A DNA stretch of 32,000 nucleotides from Methanocaldococcus jannaschii DSM 2661 (GTDB taxonomy: Archaea; AGJL01; Methanococci; Methanococcales; Methanocaldococcaceae). The stretch spans positions 90,001 through 122,000 of the forward strand of contig NC_000909.1 of assembly GCF_000091665.1 (NCBI RefSeq). Reading direction: 5' to 3'. Below the pieces are notes generated by a model, which saw only the letters and a program-made list of their open reading frames with translations, was not told the origin of the DNA and ran no database searches. Positions 7,831 through 16,610 of the stretch are shown here, piece after piece. Made by a program: the position numbers and the translations under genes. How positions within the stretch are numbered: position 1 is the first letter of the stretch; every line of letters starts with the position of its first letter.

Positions 7831-7957
7831 TTGAGCTTTTTTTAATTTGGACAATATTAGTAACTGCAAAATCTTCTTTTAGAATAATAATAACCCAATA
7901 TAACAAGATTGTTTAAATTGTTTTTAATTAATGTAAATATTTGAATGTTGTGGGATT

Positions 7958-9259
7958 ATGGTGTGCTTAGATTTATCACAATACAGGATGATAACCGACG
8001 TTAAAAACAAAGATAACACATTAATCCTTGAAATAAACAAAATTTATGAGATTGAAGTTGAAATTCCTTATGAAGAGGTTGAAATTGATGGCTCAATAAT
8101 AAAAATTAATGCTCATCCAAAAAGAGCTGAAAATATAAAGGTTGGGATTTTAAACTTAATTTCTTATAGCATAGCTAACAATTTAAAGAGCAAAATAACA
8201 AAGAGAAAAACTATATATATAAATGAGCCAATTCCTCTAATAGGGCATACTGCCTTTGGTTTAATTGAAAGAGGTAGAAATATAATCCAAGTTAGAGGGC
8301 ATTGTGGCTGTAATTTAAACTGCATATTTTGCTCAGTGGATGAAGGAGAGTTTTCTAAAACAAGAAAAAATGATTACTATGTTGATTTAGAGTATTTAAT
8401 TGAGAATTACAAAAAGATTGTTGATTTTAAGGAAAATAAGTTTATTGAGGCACATTTAGATGGGCAGGGAGAGCCAAGCCTTTATTATCCATTAGTTGAT
8501 TTAGTTCAAGAACTGGCAGAGATAAATAAAAAAGGTAATGGTATCGTTTCCATGCAAACAAACGGGACAGTTTTAAATTATAAACTAATAGATGAGTTAG
8601 AAGAGGCCGGGTTGCATAGGATAAACTTATCTATCAATGCCTTAGATGAAAAAATGGCTAAAATGCTCTCTGGTAGGAGAGATTACAATATTAAGAAGAT
8701 TTTAGATATTGCTGAATATATAAAAAACTCTAAGATTCATCTATTGATTGCTCCCCTTTTATTGCCAAACATAAACGATGAGGAATTTAAGAGAGTTATT
8801 GAGTATGCTGTTGATTTAGAGCAGAAAAATCCTCAAAACATTATTAATCCATTAACCGGGAAAAAAGACCCCATTTTAGGTTGCCAACTTTGTAGGGTTT
8901 ATCAATTAGGTAGAAGACCTAAAAAAATGAAGGTTTGGGATTTTGAGAAGTTTTATTATTTGTTAGGGAAATATGAGTTAGAATATAAGAAGAAAGGTAT
9001 AGAGGTTAAGCTCATAACTTCACCAAAGGATTTTGGAACGCATAAGAGGAAAAGATTGCCTTATCCATTCAAAGTTGGTGAGGTAACAAAAGTAAAAGTT
9101 GTTTTAGATGGAAGAGTTAAAGGAGAAGTTTTGGGAGTTGCTAAGGATAGGGTAATTCAGATAATTAACTGCAATAATGAACAAAATCTAATAGGGAAGA
9201 CAGTTAAAGTGAGAATTTTGAGAAATAAGGATAATATAATAGTTGCAGAATTGGTTTAA
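7958..9259 (+). CDS. Radical SAM protein with C-terminal TRAM-like beta-barrel (COG2100-type, function unknown)
   Basis: 433 aa. CNLNCIFC (CxxxCxxC) cluster motif and a GEPS-type SAM-binding stretch. The C-terminal GEVTKVKVV...GKTVKVRILR resembles TRAM domains. Confidence 0.85.
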   Translation: MVCLDLSQYRMITDVKNKDNTLILEINKIYEIEVEIPYEEVEIDGSIIKINAHPKRAENIKVGILNLISYSIANNLKSKITKRKTIYINEPIPLIGHTAFGLIERGRNIIQVRGHCGCNLNCIFCSVDEGEFSKTRKNDYYVDLEYLIENYKKIVDFKENKFIEAHLDGQGEPSLYYPLVDLVQELAEINKKGNGIVSMQTNGTVLNYKLIDELEEAGLHRINLSINALDEKMAKMLSGRRDYNIKKILDIAEYIKNSKIHLLIAPLLLPNINDEEFKRVIEYAVDLEQKNPQNIINPLTGKKDPILGCQLCRVYQLGRRPKKMKVWDFEKFYYLLGKYELEYKKKGIEVKLITSPKDFGTHKRKRLPYPFKVGEVTKVKVVLDGRVKGEVLGVAKDRVIQIINCNNEQNLIGKTVKVRILRNKDNIIVAELV

Positions 9260-11234
9260 AAGTGGTGATAGCTTGAATTTAGTTGATTTATACGTAAAGA
9301 AATTCATGGATTTGATTGAGATTGAGAGAAGATGTGAGATGGATTTTCATAAAAATGAGATTATTAAATTAGGCAAAAAGAGAGAGAATGTTGGAAGAGC
9401 AATTTTAAATTTAAAAGGGAAATTTTTAGGAGAGAGCTTAGGTTGCACCATTGTAAGATTTGGGAGAAAAAAGCCATTTAAAACAGAAATATCTCCGGGA
9501 GACGTTGTTTTAGTTAGTAAAGAAAACCCATTGCAGAGTGATTTATATGCGAATGTCATATACGTAGGAAAGAACTTTATAGATGTTGCCTTTGATGTTG
9601 ATGTCCCAAAATGGGTTTATAAAGAAAGAGTAAGAGTTGATTTATACGTAAATGACATAACATTTAAAAGAATGAAAGAAGCTTTAAGAGAATTTGCAAG
9701 AAAGAGGGATAAATTAGCTTATATAATATTAGGCATTGAACACCCAGAAAAACCTTTAAGAGAGGACATCAAATTAGAGTTCTATGATAAAAATTTAAAT
9801 GAATCACAAAAATTAGCAGTTAAAAAGGCAGTTTTAAGTAGGGATTTGTATTTAATTCACGGCCCTCCAGGAACTGGAAAGACAAGAACTATAACAGAGG
9901 TTATCGTCCAAGAGGTTAAATTTAACAAACATAAGGTTTTAGCTACAGCAGATTCAAACATAGCAGCAGATAACATCTTAGAGTACCTAATAAAAAAATA
10001 TCCAGATTTAAAAGTTGTTAGGGTAGGGCATCCAACAAGGATTTCAAAGGATTTGATTCAACACTCTCTCCCCTATCTAATTGAAAATCATGAGAAATAT
10101 CAAGAAATCCTAGCTTTAAGAGAGAAGATTAAAGAAATTAAAGAACAGAGGGATAAATTTTTAAAGCCCTCCCCAAGATGGAGGAGAGGAATGAGTGATG
10201 AGCAGATTTTAAAAGTAGCTAAAAGAAAGAAATCCTACAGAGGGATTCCTAAGGAAAAAATCGTTAGTATGGCAGAATGGATTATAAGAAATAAAAAGAT
10301 TAAAAGAATCATCAATAATTTGGATGAAATTACTGAAAAAATCATGAATGAGATTTTAGCAGAGGCAGATGTTATCGTAGCAACAAACTCTATGGCTGGT
10401 TCAGAAATTTTGAAAGGCTGGGAGTTTGATGTGATTGTTATTGATGAAGGAAGCCAAGCAATGGAGCCTTCTTGCTTAATTCCAATTGTTAAAGGAAGAA
10501 AGCTAATCATGGCTGGAGACCATAAGCAATTACCACCAACAGTTTTAAGTGAGAATGAAGAGCTAAAAAAGACTTTATTTGAGAGATTGATTAAAAAATA
10601 TCCAGAATTTTCATCAATATTGGAGATTCAGTATAGAATGAACGAAAAAATCATGGAATTCCCAAATAAGATGTTTTATAACAACAAATTAAAGGCAGAT
10701 GAGAGCGTTAAAAACATCACTTTATTAGATTTAGTTAAAGAGGAGGAGATTGATGAGGTTGATAGAGATATTATAAACGAAATCCCAGTTCAATTTATAA
10801 ATGTTGAAGGGATTGAAAGGAAAGATAAAGAATCTCCATCTTATTACAACATAGAAGAGGCGGAGAAGGTTTTAGAGATAGTTAAAAAACTTGTAAAGTA
10901 TAAGATACCAACAAACGTTATAACTCCTTACGATGCCCAAGTTAGGTATTTGAGGAGGTTGTTTGAAGAGCATAACATAGACATAGAGGTTAATACAGTA
11001 GATGGATTCCAAGGAAGGGAGAATGAGGCTATAGTTATCTCATTCGTTAGAACAAAGAACTTTGGATTTTTGAAGGATTTGAGGAGGTTGAATGTTGCCA
11101 TAACAAGAGCTAAGAGAAAGCTAATTTTGATAGGCAATGAAAATCTATTGAAGCAAGATAAAGTCTATAATGAAATGATAAAGTGGGCAAAATCTGTTGA
11201 AGAAGAACACAAAAATAAAATTATCCAAAAATAA
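9243..11234 (+). CDS. Superfamily 1B helicase, Upf1/DNA2-like
   Basis: GPPGTGKT (Walker A), VIVIDEGSQ (motif II), GDHKQLPP (III), TVDGFQGRENEAIVISFVR (V), NVAITRAKRKLILIG (VI). The track start at 9243 is TTG and overlaps the upstream stop by 17 nt. The first ATG is at 9306, so the start is uncertain. Confidence 0.9.
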   Translation: MQNWFKSGDSLNLVDLYVKKFMDLIEIERRCEMDFHKNEIIKLGKKRENVGRAILNLKGKFLGESLGCTIVRFGRKKPFKTEISPGDVVLVSKENPLQSDLYANVIYVGKNFIDVAFDVDVPKWVYKERVRVDLYVNDITFKRMKEALREFARKRDKLAYIILGIEHPEKPLREDIKLEFYDKNLNESQKLAVKKAVLSRDLYLIHGPPGTGKTRTITEVIVQEVKFNKHKVLATADSNIAADNILEYLIKKYPDLKVVRVGHPTRISKDLIQHSLPYLIENHEKYQEILALREKIKEIKEQRDKFLKPSPRWRRGMSDEQILKVAKRKKSYRGIPKEKIVSMAEWIIRNKKIKRIINNLDEITEKIMNEILAEADVIVATNSMAGSEILKGWEFDVIVIDEGSQAMEPSCLIPIVKGRKLIMAGDHKQLPPTVLSENEELKKTLFERLIKKYPEFSSILEIQYRMNEKIMEFPNKMFYNNKLKADESVKNITLLDLVKEEEIDEVDRDIINEIPVQFINVEGIERKDKESPSYYNIEEAEKVLEIVKKLVKYKIPTNVITPYDAQVRYLRRLFEEHNIDIEVNTVDGFQGRENEAIVISFVRTKNFGFLKDLRRLNVAITRAKRKLILIGNENLLKQDKVYNEMIKWAKSVEEEHKNKIIQK

Positions 11235-11235
11235 A

Positions 11236-11580
11236 TTAATACATTCTAAATGTTATCTCTACATGGATGGATTCATATTTAACACATTTAGCAAATCCCA
11301 ACATTTCCAATTGAACCCTTCCAGCTATAATTTCCTTCTCTTCAAAGCCGTTTATCATTTGAGGGACTAAAGAGACATTTATAACCCTTCCTAAAATTCC
11401 TTCAGTTCCATTCCTCAAATCTTCCCTAAGTGTTGATGTTATAAAAACCAAATCTCCTTCTTTTAGGTTTTTAACTGTCTCTAAGTTTAATGCATTGATT
11501 ATAGTGAATGTCTTTATATGATTTTCAATAAAATCATTAATTGCATTTTCATTAATTCCAAATAATCCATAAACCTTCAT
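11236..11580 (-). CDS. Hypothetical protein (115 aa form)
   Basis: The track ORF extends to 11694, but residues 1-38 read through the hairpin element. ATG at 11580 is preceded by GGTGGT 3 nt upstream, giving MKVYGLFGINENAINDF.... No recognisable motif. Confidence 0.55.
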   Translation of the reverse strand: MKVYGLFGINENAINDFIENHIKTFTIINALNLETVKNLKEGDLVFITSTLREDLRNGTEGILGRVINVSLVPQMINGFEEKEIIAGRVQLEMLGFAKCVKYESIHVEITFRMY

Positions 11581-11641
11581 AATACCACCAAAATACCAAT
11601 TCGAAAGTTTTAGCATATTCAAACAATATAAAATCTTCAGA

Positions 11642-11833
11642 TTGGACATTAATTGGGACTGAAAGTCCCAACTTAATGGACGTGTGGTATCCACACCATA
11701 AAGGGGCTACGCCCCTCTTGGGATACTCCCCTAATATTGCTAATTTACACCTCCGAGCATAAGCGAGGAGGTGTTAGGTTTTGATGAACCTTTTACTAAA
11801 AGGTTCATACCAATAGGAGGTTTCCTCCTATGG
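11642..11833. repeat. Modular GC-hairpin chain element, copy C (6 hairpins)
   Basis: ttggacattaatt-gggactgaaagtccc-aacttaatggac 11642-11681, gtgtgg-tat-ccacac 11682-11696, aggggc-tac-gcccct 11702-11717, acacctcc...ggaggtgt 11748-11775, atgaacctttt-act-aaaaggttcat 11783-11809, ccaataggagg-ttt-cctcctatgg 11810-11833. Confidence 0.8.
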
Positions 11834-11836
11834 TAG

Positions 11837-12553
11837 TTAAATGTACATTGGATATTCCTTTCTACTCTTTGACATCATCTTTAAATGTTGCTCTGCCAGT
11901 TCTTTAAGTTTGTTTTCAATAGCTTCAGCCTCTTTGATGAGATTTTCAATATTTACATTTAGATTGAACATTTTATTCAAAACCTCTAATAGATTAGCCC
12001 CCCCTCTTGGGTCTGGTCTAATTCCAACAGTTTCAGCCAACAAACCAATAGCATCAAACCCATTGTCATGGCATTTTATTAATAAATTTCCCCCCATTCC
12101 TCCCACAACTCCAAAATCAAATATTTCAACATAATTTTTTAAATCTTCTATCAACTCTTCTTTATTTGCTATTCCAAATACTTTTTCTGATTTTCCTGCC
12201 ATTATTCCTCCAAGAGAAACAAATAGTTTTGGATTTTTGTTTGAAAATGTTTTAACTATAAACTCCGCCAATCCATTAATCTTAAATGGAGAGATTATTA
12301 TATCTGAAAATAAAATAATAAAATCTTTGTTTGCATACGCTCTCACTGGAGGGTAGGGAATGCCTTTCTCAATAGTTGTGAGTGGAAGGATTCCATCAAC
12401 TTCAAAGTATCCAAAATATTTTAGGTTTAGGTCTTTTATTATTTGAAAACCTGCTATGCTTCCAACTAATCCAGTTCCAGGAAATGCTTCAATAACTATG
12501 GGATTTTCAAACTCTATTTTTGCTTTTTCTACGAACTTCATACTATCCACCAA
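11837..12553 (-). CDS. PAC2 (proteasome assembly chaperone 2-like) family protein
   Basis: 238 aa. The N-terminal IVIEAFPGTGLVGSIAG pattern is typical of the PAC2/COG1938 family. C-terminal coiled-coil tail. Confidence 0.75.
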   Translation of the reverse strand: MVDSMKFVEKAKIEFENPIVIEAFPGTGLVGSIAGFQIIKDLNLKYFGYFEVDGILPLTTIEKGIPYPPVRAYANKDFIILFSDIIISPFKINGLAEFIVKTFSNKNPKLFVSLGGIMAGKSEKVFGIANKEELIEDLKNYVEIFDFGVVGGMGGNLLIKCHDNGFDAIGLLAETVGIRPDPRGGANLLEVLNKMFNLNVNIENLIKEAEAIENKLKELAEQHLKMMSKSRKEYPMYI

Positions 12554-12608
12554 ATTTAGCTAAGTATAAATTATGTTTTAATTTAATTACATTTATAGTT
12601 TTCATTTT

Positions 12609-12696
12609 AAGACTTTCGCAGTATTATATATTAAAAGGCATTTAGATGCCCTTAAGCATAAATTTTCTTTAAAAAATTTATTTCTACGAAAGTCCT
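12609..12696. repeat. Inverted-repeat cassette, AGGACTTT-type arms, in a divergent promoter region
   Basis: Arms aagactttcgcag (12609-12621) and ctacgaaagtcct (12684-12696) match 11/13. The interior has tattatatatt and an aaggcat/atgccctt inner hairpin. Confidence 0.45.
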
Positions 12697-12732
12697 AAAT
12701 CTTATATTGACTATGAAAGTTTGAGGGAGATT

Positions 12733-14298
12733 ATGAAAATTCTAATAATCACTGGAAAATTAGCTGAAAGGAAAGTTAAAGATGCTGTGAAAAAATATGA
12801 TTTTATAGATGTGCATGTAGCAAATATCTCTGTAGCTGCTTTTTTAACACCTAATTTAATAATTAAAGAAATTAAAAAATTAGAAAACAAATTAGGAAAA
12901 AAATTAAAAGATATTTATGATTTTGTTTTAGTAACTGGGTTGATAAGACATGATTTAAAGAATGTTGAGGAAGAAACCGGAATAAAATGCTTTAAATCTA
13001 CAAGAGAAGCTTCTGATATTCCAATATTGATTGAAAATCTGGATAAGATAAAACTATCAACTAAAGAGTATGCCGATTTGCAGTTATTAGAAATTATTAG
13101 AAAGAAATGTGAGGAGGAGATTAAGAAAGCAGAGGAGCAGGAATTAGGAGAAGGAGATATAAAGATAGGCAAATTAAAAGTTGGAGATAAATTCCCAATG
13201 AGAGTTTTGGGAGAGATAGTCCATGCCCCATGGCTAAAAGAGAAAGAGTTGGAGGAGAAAATAATATATTACTTAGAAAGTGGGGCTGATATGATTGATT
13301 TGGGAATGGTTAGCAATGAAAATAATGCAGATAAAATTAAAGATATGCTAAAGATAGCGAGAGATTTAACTGACAATCCAATTAGTGTAGATACATTAAA
13401 CACAAAAGAATTAATTGAGGCAATAAATTTAGGGGCAGATATGATTTTGAGTGTTGATGCTGGGAATTTAGATGAGCTAATTCCATATTTAAAAGATTCA
13501 GAAACGGCAGTTGTTGTTCTGCCAACAAATTATAAAACAAACTATGTCCCAGAGACTATTGAAGGCAAAATTAAATCCTTAGAGGAGAATATAAAAAAGC
13601 TAATAGATGCTGGAATTGAAAAAATAGTTGCTGACCCAATATTAGAGCCAATAAACAATGCCGGATGCAGTTTTATAGAGAGCGTTATTGCATGTAGAGA
13701 ATTTAAAAAAAGAAATAAATTGCCACTATTTTTTGGTGTTGGAAATGTTACAGAGCTTTTTGATGCTGATAGTAATGGAGTCAATGCTTTGTTAGCAGCT
13801 ATTGGGGCTGAGATTGGAGCTAATATATTATTTACACCAGAGGCAAGTGCTAAGTGTAAATTTTCAATAAAAGAGTTAAAGATTGCCTCAAAGATGATGT
13901 TTTTGGCTAAAAAAAGGAACTCTCTGCCAAAGGATATTGGCTACAATTTGATAAATTATAAGGATAAAAGATTTGAGGAGGAAATAACCTTCAATAGTTA
14001 CAATATCCCAATAATTAAAGCTGAAGAAGATGAGAGGCAGATATTGGATGAAGGAAGTTTTAAAATAGAAATTGATAGGAAGAACAAAGAGATAGTAGCA
14101 ATATACTTTAATAAAAGAAGAGAACCAGTTTTAATAATTAGAGGAAAGAAACCAAAAGAAATTTATGAAACCGCGATAAGATTAAATTTAATAAAAAAGT
14201 TAGACCATGCATCTTATTTTGGTAGAGAGTTAGCTAAGGCAGAGATTGCTTTAAGGATAGGTAAAAAATACAATCAGGACTTTGATTTGTTCCTATAA
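12733..14298 (+). CDS. Pterin-binding (dihydropteroate synthase-like TIM barrel) domain protein with N- and C-terminal extensions
   Basis: Central region has DHPS-like strings GADMIDLG, ISVDT and GADMILSVD. The track start at 12721 is TTG. ATG at 12733 follows GAGGGAG, so I prefer it. Confidence 0.6.
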   Translation: MKILIITGKLAERKVKDAVKKYDFIDVHVANISVAAFLTPNLIIKEIKKLENKLGKKLKDIYDFVLVTGLIRHDLKNVEEETGIKCFKSTREASDIPILIENLDKIKLSTKEYADLQLLEIIRKKCEEEIKKAEEQELGEGDIKIGKLKVGDKFPMRVLGEIVHAPWLKEKELEEKIIYYLESGADMIDLGMVSNENNADKIKDMLKIARDLTDNPISVDTLNTKELIEAINLGADMILSVDAGNLDELIPYLKDSETAVVVLPTNYKTNYVPETIEGKIKSLEENIKKLIDAGIEKIVADPILEPINNAGCSFIESVIACREFKKRNKLPLFFGVGNVTELFDADSNGVNALLAAIGAEIGANILFTPEASAKCKFSIKELKIASKMMFLAKKRNSLPKDIGYNLINYKDKRFEEEITFNSYNIPIIKAEEDERQILDEGSFKIEIDRKNKEIVAIYFNKRREPVLIIRGKKPKEIYETAIRLNLIKKLDHASYFGRELAKAEIALRIGKKYNQDFDLFL

Positions 14299-14313
14299 TG
14301 AATTTTGGTGGGA

Positions 14314-15648
14314 ATGATGAGAAAAACTAAAATTTTAGTCACTTTAGGACCATCCTTAGAAAATAAATTAGATAAAGCAATAAATTTGATAGATGGAGTT
14401 AGATTTAACATGTCTCATGCCACAACAGATTATTGTGAAAAGTTTTTGAATATATTGGAAAAAAATAATATCGCCAAAGTTATGGATTTGAAGGGAATAA
14501 AAATTAGAATTAAAGAAGTTAAATTAAAAAATAAAATATTAAAAATGGGGGAGAAGGTTGTTATTGGAGAGGATATAAAGCTCAACTACAATATAGACAC
14601 AATTGAAGAAGGGCATTTTATTTTAATAAACGATGGGAAAATTAAGCTAAGAGTTGTAGAAAAAACTGATAAAATTATCGCAGTTGTAGAAGTTGGGGGA
14701 GAGATTAAAGAAGGTATGGGAGTTAATCTTCCAGATACAAGGATAGAACTCCCAATAATTGATGAAACTGATTTGAAGAATATAAAATTCGCTGTAGAAA
14801 AGGACTTTGAATATATTGCTTTATCATTTGTTAGGAATAAGGAAGATGTTAAGGAATTAAAAGATATTATATCAGAATACAAAGGAGATTGTGAGGTAAT
14901 ATCAAAAATAGAAACTAAGGAGGGATTAAAGAATATAAAAGAGATAGCAAGAGAAAGTGATGGAGTGATGGTAGCAAGGGGAGATTTGGGTGTAGAGGTT
15001 CCAATAGAAAATATTCCAATTGAACAAAAGAATATATTGAGAATAGCTAATAGATATGGAATTTTGTCAATAACAGCCACACAAATATTGGATTCTATGA
15101 TAAACAATCCATTTCCAACAAGAGCTGAGGTTACAGACATAGCTAATGCCATATACGATGGAACTGACTGCTTAATGCTCTCCAACGAAACAACTATTGG
15201 AAAATACCCAATAGAGGCGATAAAGGTATTAAATAAGGTTGCCAAAGTGGCAGATGAACATTATGAGGAGTTTGGTGATAGAGTTTGTTTAGAGGTTGAG
15301 AGCATTGATGAAGGTTTAGTATATGCTGTTTATGAGCTATATAAGAAGCTAAATACTAAGTTAGTTATAACTCCAACATATTCTGGAAGAACTGCTAAGT
15401 TAATATCTAAATTAAGGATAAATAGTAAAATAATAGCTCCAACGCCAAATATAAGAACTTTAAAAAGGTTGAGATTGGTTTGGGGAGTTGAAAGCTGTTT
15501 GATGGAAGAATTTGATGATATGGAGAAAATAATCAACACCTGTAGAGAAATGGCTAAAAAAGAAATTGGAAAGGGGATTTACTTAATCACATTAGGTCAT
15601 CCAATAGGTCAAAAGAAAACTAACACTATAAAAGTTGAAAGTATCTAA
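14314..15648 (+). CDS. pyk: Pyruvate kinase
   Basis: TKILVTLGPS, the NMSHA-type motif, MVARGDLGVEVP and the TQILDSM...PTRAEVTDIANA signature. The track start at 14305 is TTG. ATG at 14314/14317 follows GGTGGG. Confidence 0.93.
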   Translation: MMRKTKILVTLGPSLENKLDKAINLIDGVRFNMSHATTDYCEKFLNILEKNNIAKVMDLKGIKIRIKEVKLKNKILKMGEKVVIGEDIKLNYNIDTIEEGHFILINDGKIKLRVVEKTDKIIAVVEVGGEIKEGMGVNLPDTRIELPIIDETDLKNIKFAVEKDFEYIALSFVRNKEDVKELKDIISEYKGDCEVISKIETKEGLKNIKEIARESDGVMVARGDLGVEVPIENIPIEQKNILRIANRYGILSITATQILDSMINNPFPTRAEVTDIANAIYDGTDCLMLSNETTIGKYPIEAIKVLNKVAKVADEHYEEFGDRVCLEVESIDEGLVYAVYELYKKLNTKLVITPTYSGRTAKLISKLRINSKIIAPTPNIRTLKRLRLVWGVESCLMEEFDDMEKIINTCREMAKKEIGKGIYLITLGHPIGQKKTNTIKVESI

Positions 15649-15660
15649 AAATATTTAAGG

Positions 15661-16419
15661 TTATAAGAGGTCTAAAATTATATCTAACATTTCTTTGCTA
15701 TTTGCTACAATAATATTCAATCTATCTGTTGCATTTAGGTCAAATTTCAGTTCATCTCCATTTTCATCTGTTATTAAGGCTCCTGCTTCTTTGCAGATTA
15801 TATATGATGAGGCAATATCAACAGCTCTAACCTTAGGTCTTACATCAAAAACAGCATCTAAAGTCCCTTTAGCTACATAACACATTTCTAAACCAAAAGC
15901 TCCAAATATTCTCACTCTTTTAACTTTGTTCCTTAATTTTTCTAAATCTATTTTTTTGCTTGGATAGTAGCTTATAACTATATTATTTGGATTGAAGTCT
16001 TTAACTTTAATCTTTCTTCCGTTTAAATAAGCTCCTTTTCCTTTATATGCCTCATAAAAACTTTTAGTTAAAAATTCGTAGGTTAAGCCATAATATGGCT
16101 CATTATTTTTAAATACTCCAAAGCAGAATGCAAAAAATGGAATTCCATTTATAAAATTAAAAGAACCATCTATTGGGTCAATAACTACAGTCCATTCGCT
16201 ACTGTTATCTATAACACCCAACTCTTCACTCACGATATTAACATTCAGCGATTTTAAATATTTTAAGGCAATATCTTCACTAATTTTGTCAAAAATTTCT
16301 GTTTCATCTCCGCTTGGAGAAGTTCCAACAACGTAAGATTTATCTTTTCTTCCAAAATATGGTAAAATTTCTTTTTCAATCTCTTTTGCAATATTTTTCC
16401 CAATTTCATCCCATTTCAT
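15661..16419 (-). CDS. suhB: Bifunctional inositol-1-monophosphatase / fructose-1,6-bisphosphatase (IMPase family)
   Basis: 252 aa. Motifs WVIDPIDGSFNF and the C-terminal metal-binding DxxA pattern. I recall the MJ0109-type enzyme. Confidence 0.92.
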   Translation of the reverse strand: MKWDEIGKNIAKEIEKEILPYFGRKDKSYVVGTSPSGDETEIFDKISEDIALKYLKSLNVNIVSEELGVIDNSSEWTVVIDPIDGSFNFINGIPFFAFCFGVFKNNEPYYGLTYEFLTKSFYEAYKGKGAYLNGRKIKVKDFNPNNIVISYYPSKKIDLEKLRNKVKRVRIFGAFGLEMCYVAKGTLDAVFDVRPKVRAVDIASSYIICKEAGALITDENGDELKFDLNATDRLNIIVANSKEMLDIILDLL

Positions 16420-16479
16420 TTTCTCATCCTATGCTTTATTTTTAAATTTAAATATACAAAATAAGATAATAGTCAATAT

Positions 16480-16530
16480 CTAAGATTTCTTCATCTCTTC
16501 CTTTATTTTAAGATAGGTTATCGGTATCGC
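16480..16530 (-). pseudogene. Displaced, diverged copy of the last 16 codons plus stop of the PQ-loop gene
   Basis: Minus strand reads AIPITYLKIKEEMKKS*, versus the genuine C-terminus WIPITYLKIRDEMRKS* (16611-16661). 40/51 nt identical with no indels. Differences are silent or conservative (K/R, E/D). Confidence 0.7.
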
Positions 16531-16610
16531 AAGCATATAGAGGAACCTCTATTACTATACTCCGAGTGGGCTTTACTATGTTCAGCCCCACTTTCTATAT
16601 TTAGCTTTCA

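Noticed and set aside
7555-7869. 104-aa minus-strand ORF in the track
   Set aside because: It runs straight through tRNA-Leu, the hairpin mini-element and the tRNA promoter region. Its Gly/Pro/Trp-rich translation reflects GC-rich RNA-gene sequence, not a protein.
12684-12696. cgaaagtcc string resembling the RNase P RNA CR-I motif (GAGGAAAGUCC); aaaagtcc also occurs at 2193
   Set aside because: The surrounding sequence is AT-rich and lacks the other conserved regions and GC helices of RNase P RNA. It is better explained as one arm of an inverted repeat.
14586-15245. 219-aa antisense ORF inside pyruvate kinase, and similar long antisense ORFs at 30388-30918, 17596-18003, 20353-20667 and 28787-29116
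   Set aside because: These are low-complexity Ser/Leu/Ile/Phe-rich translations typical of the reverse frame of AT-rich, Lys/Glu-rich genes. Each is fully nested in a gene with strong family motifs.
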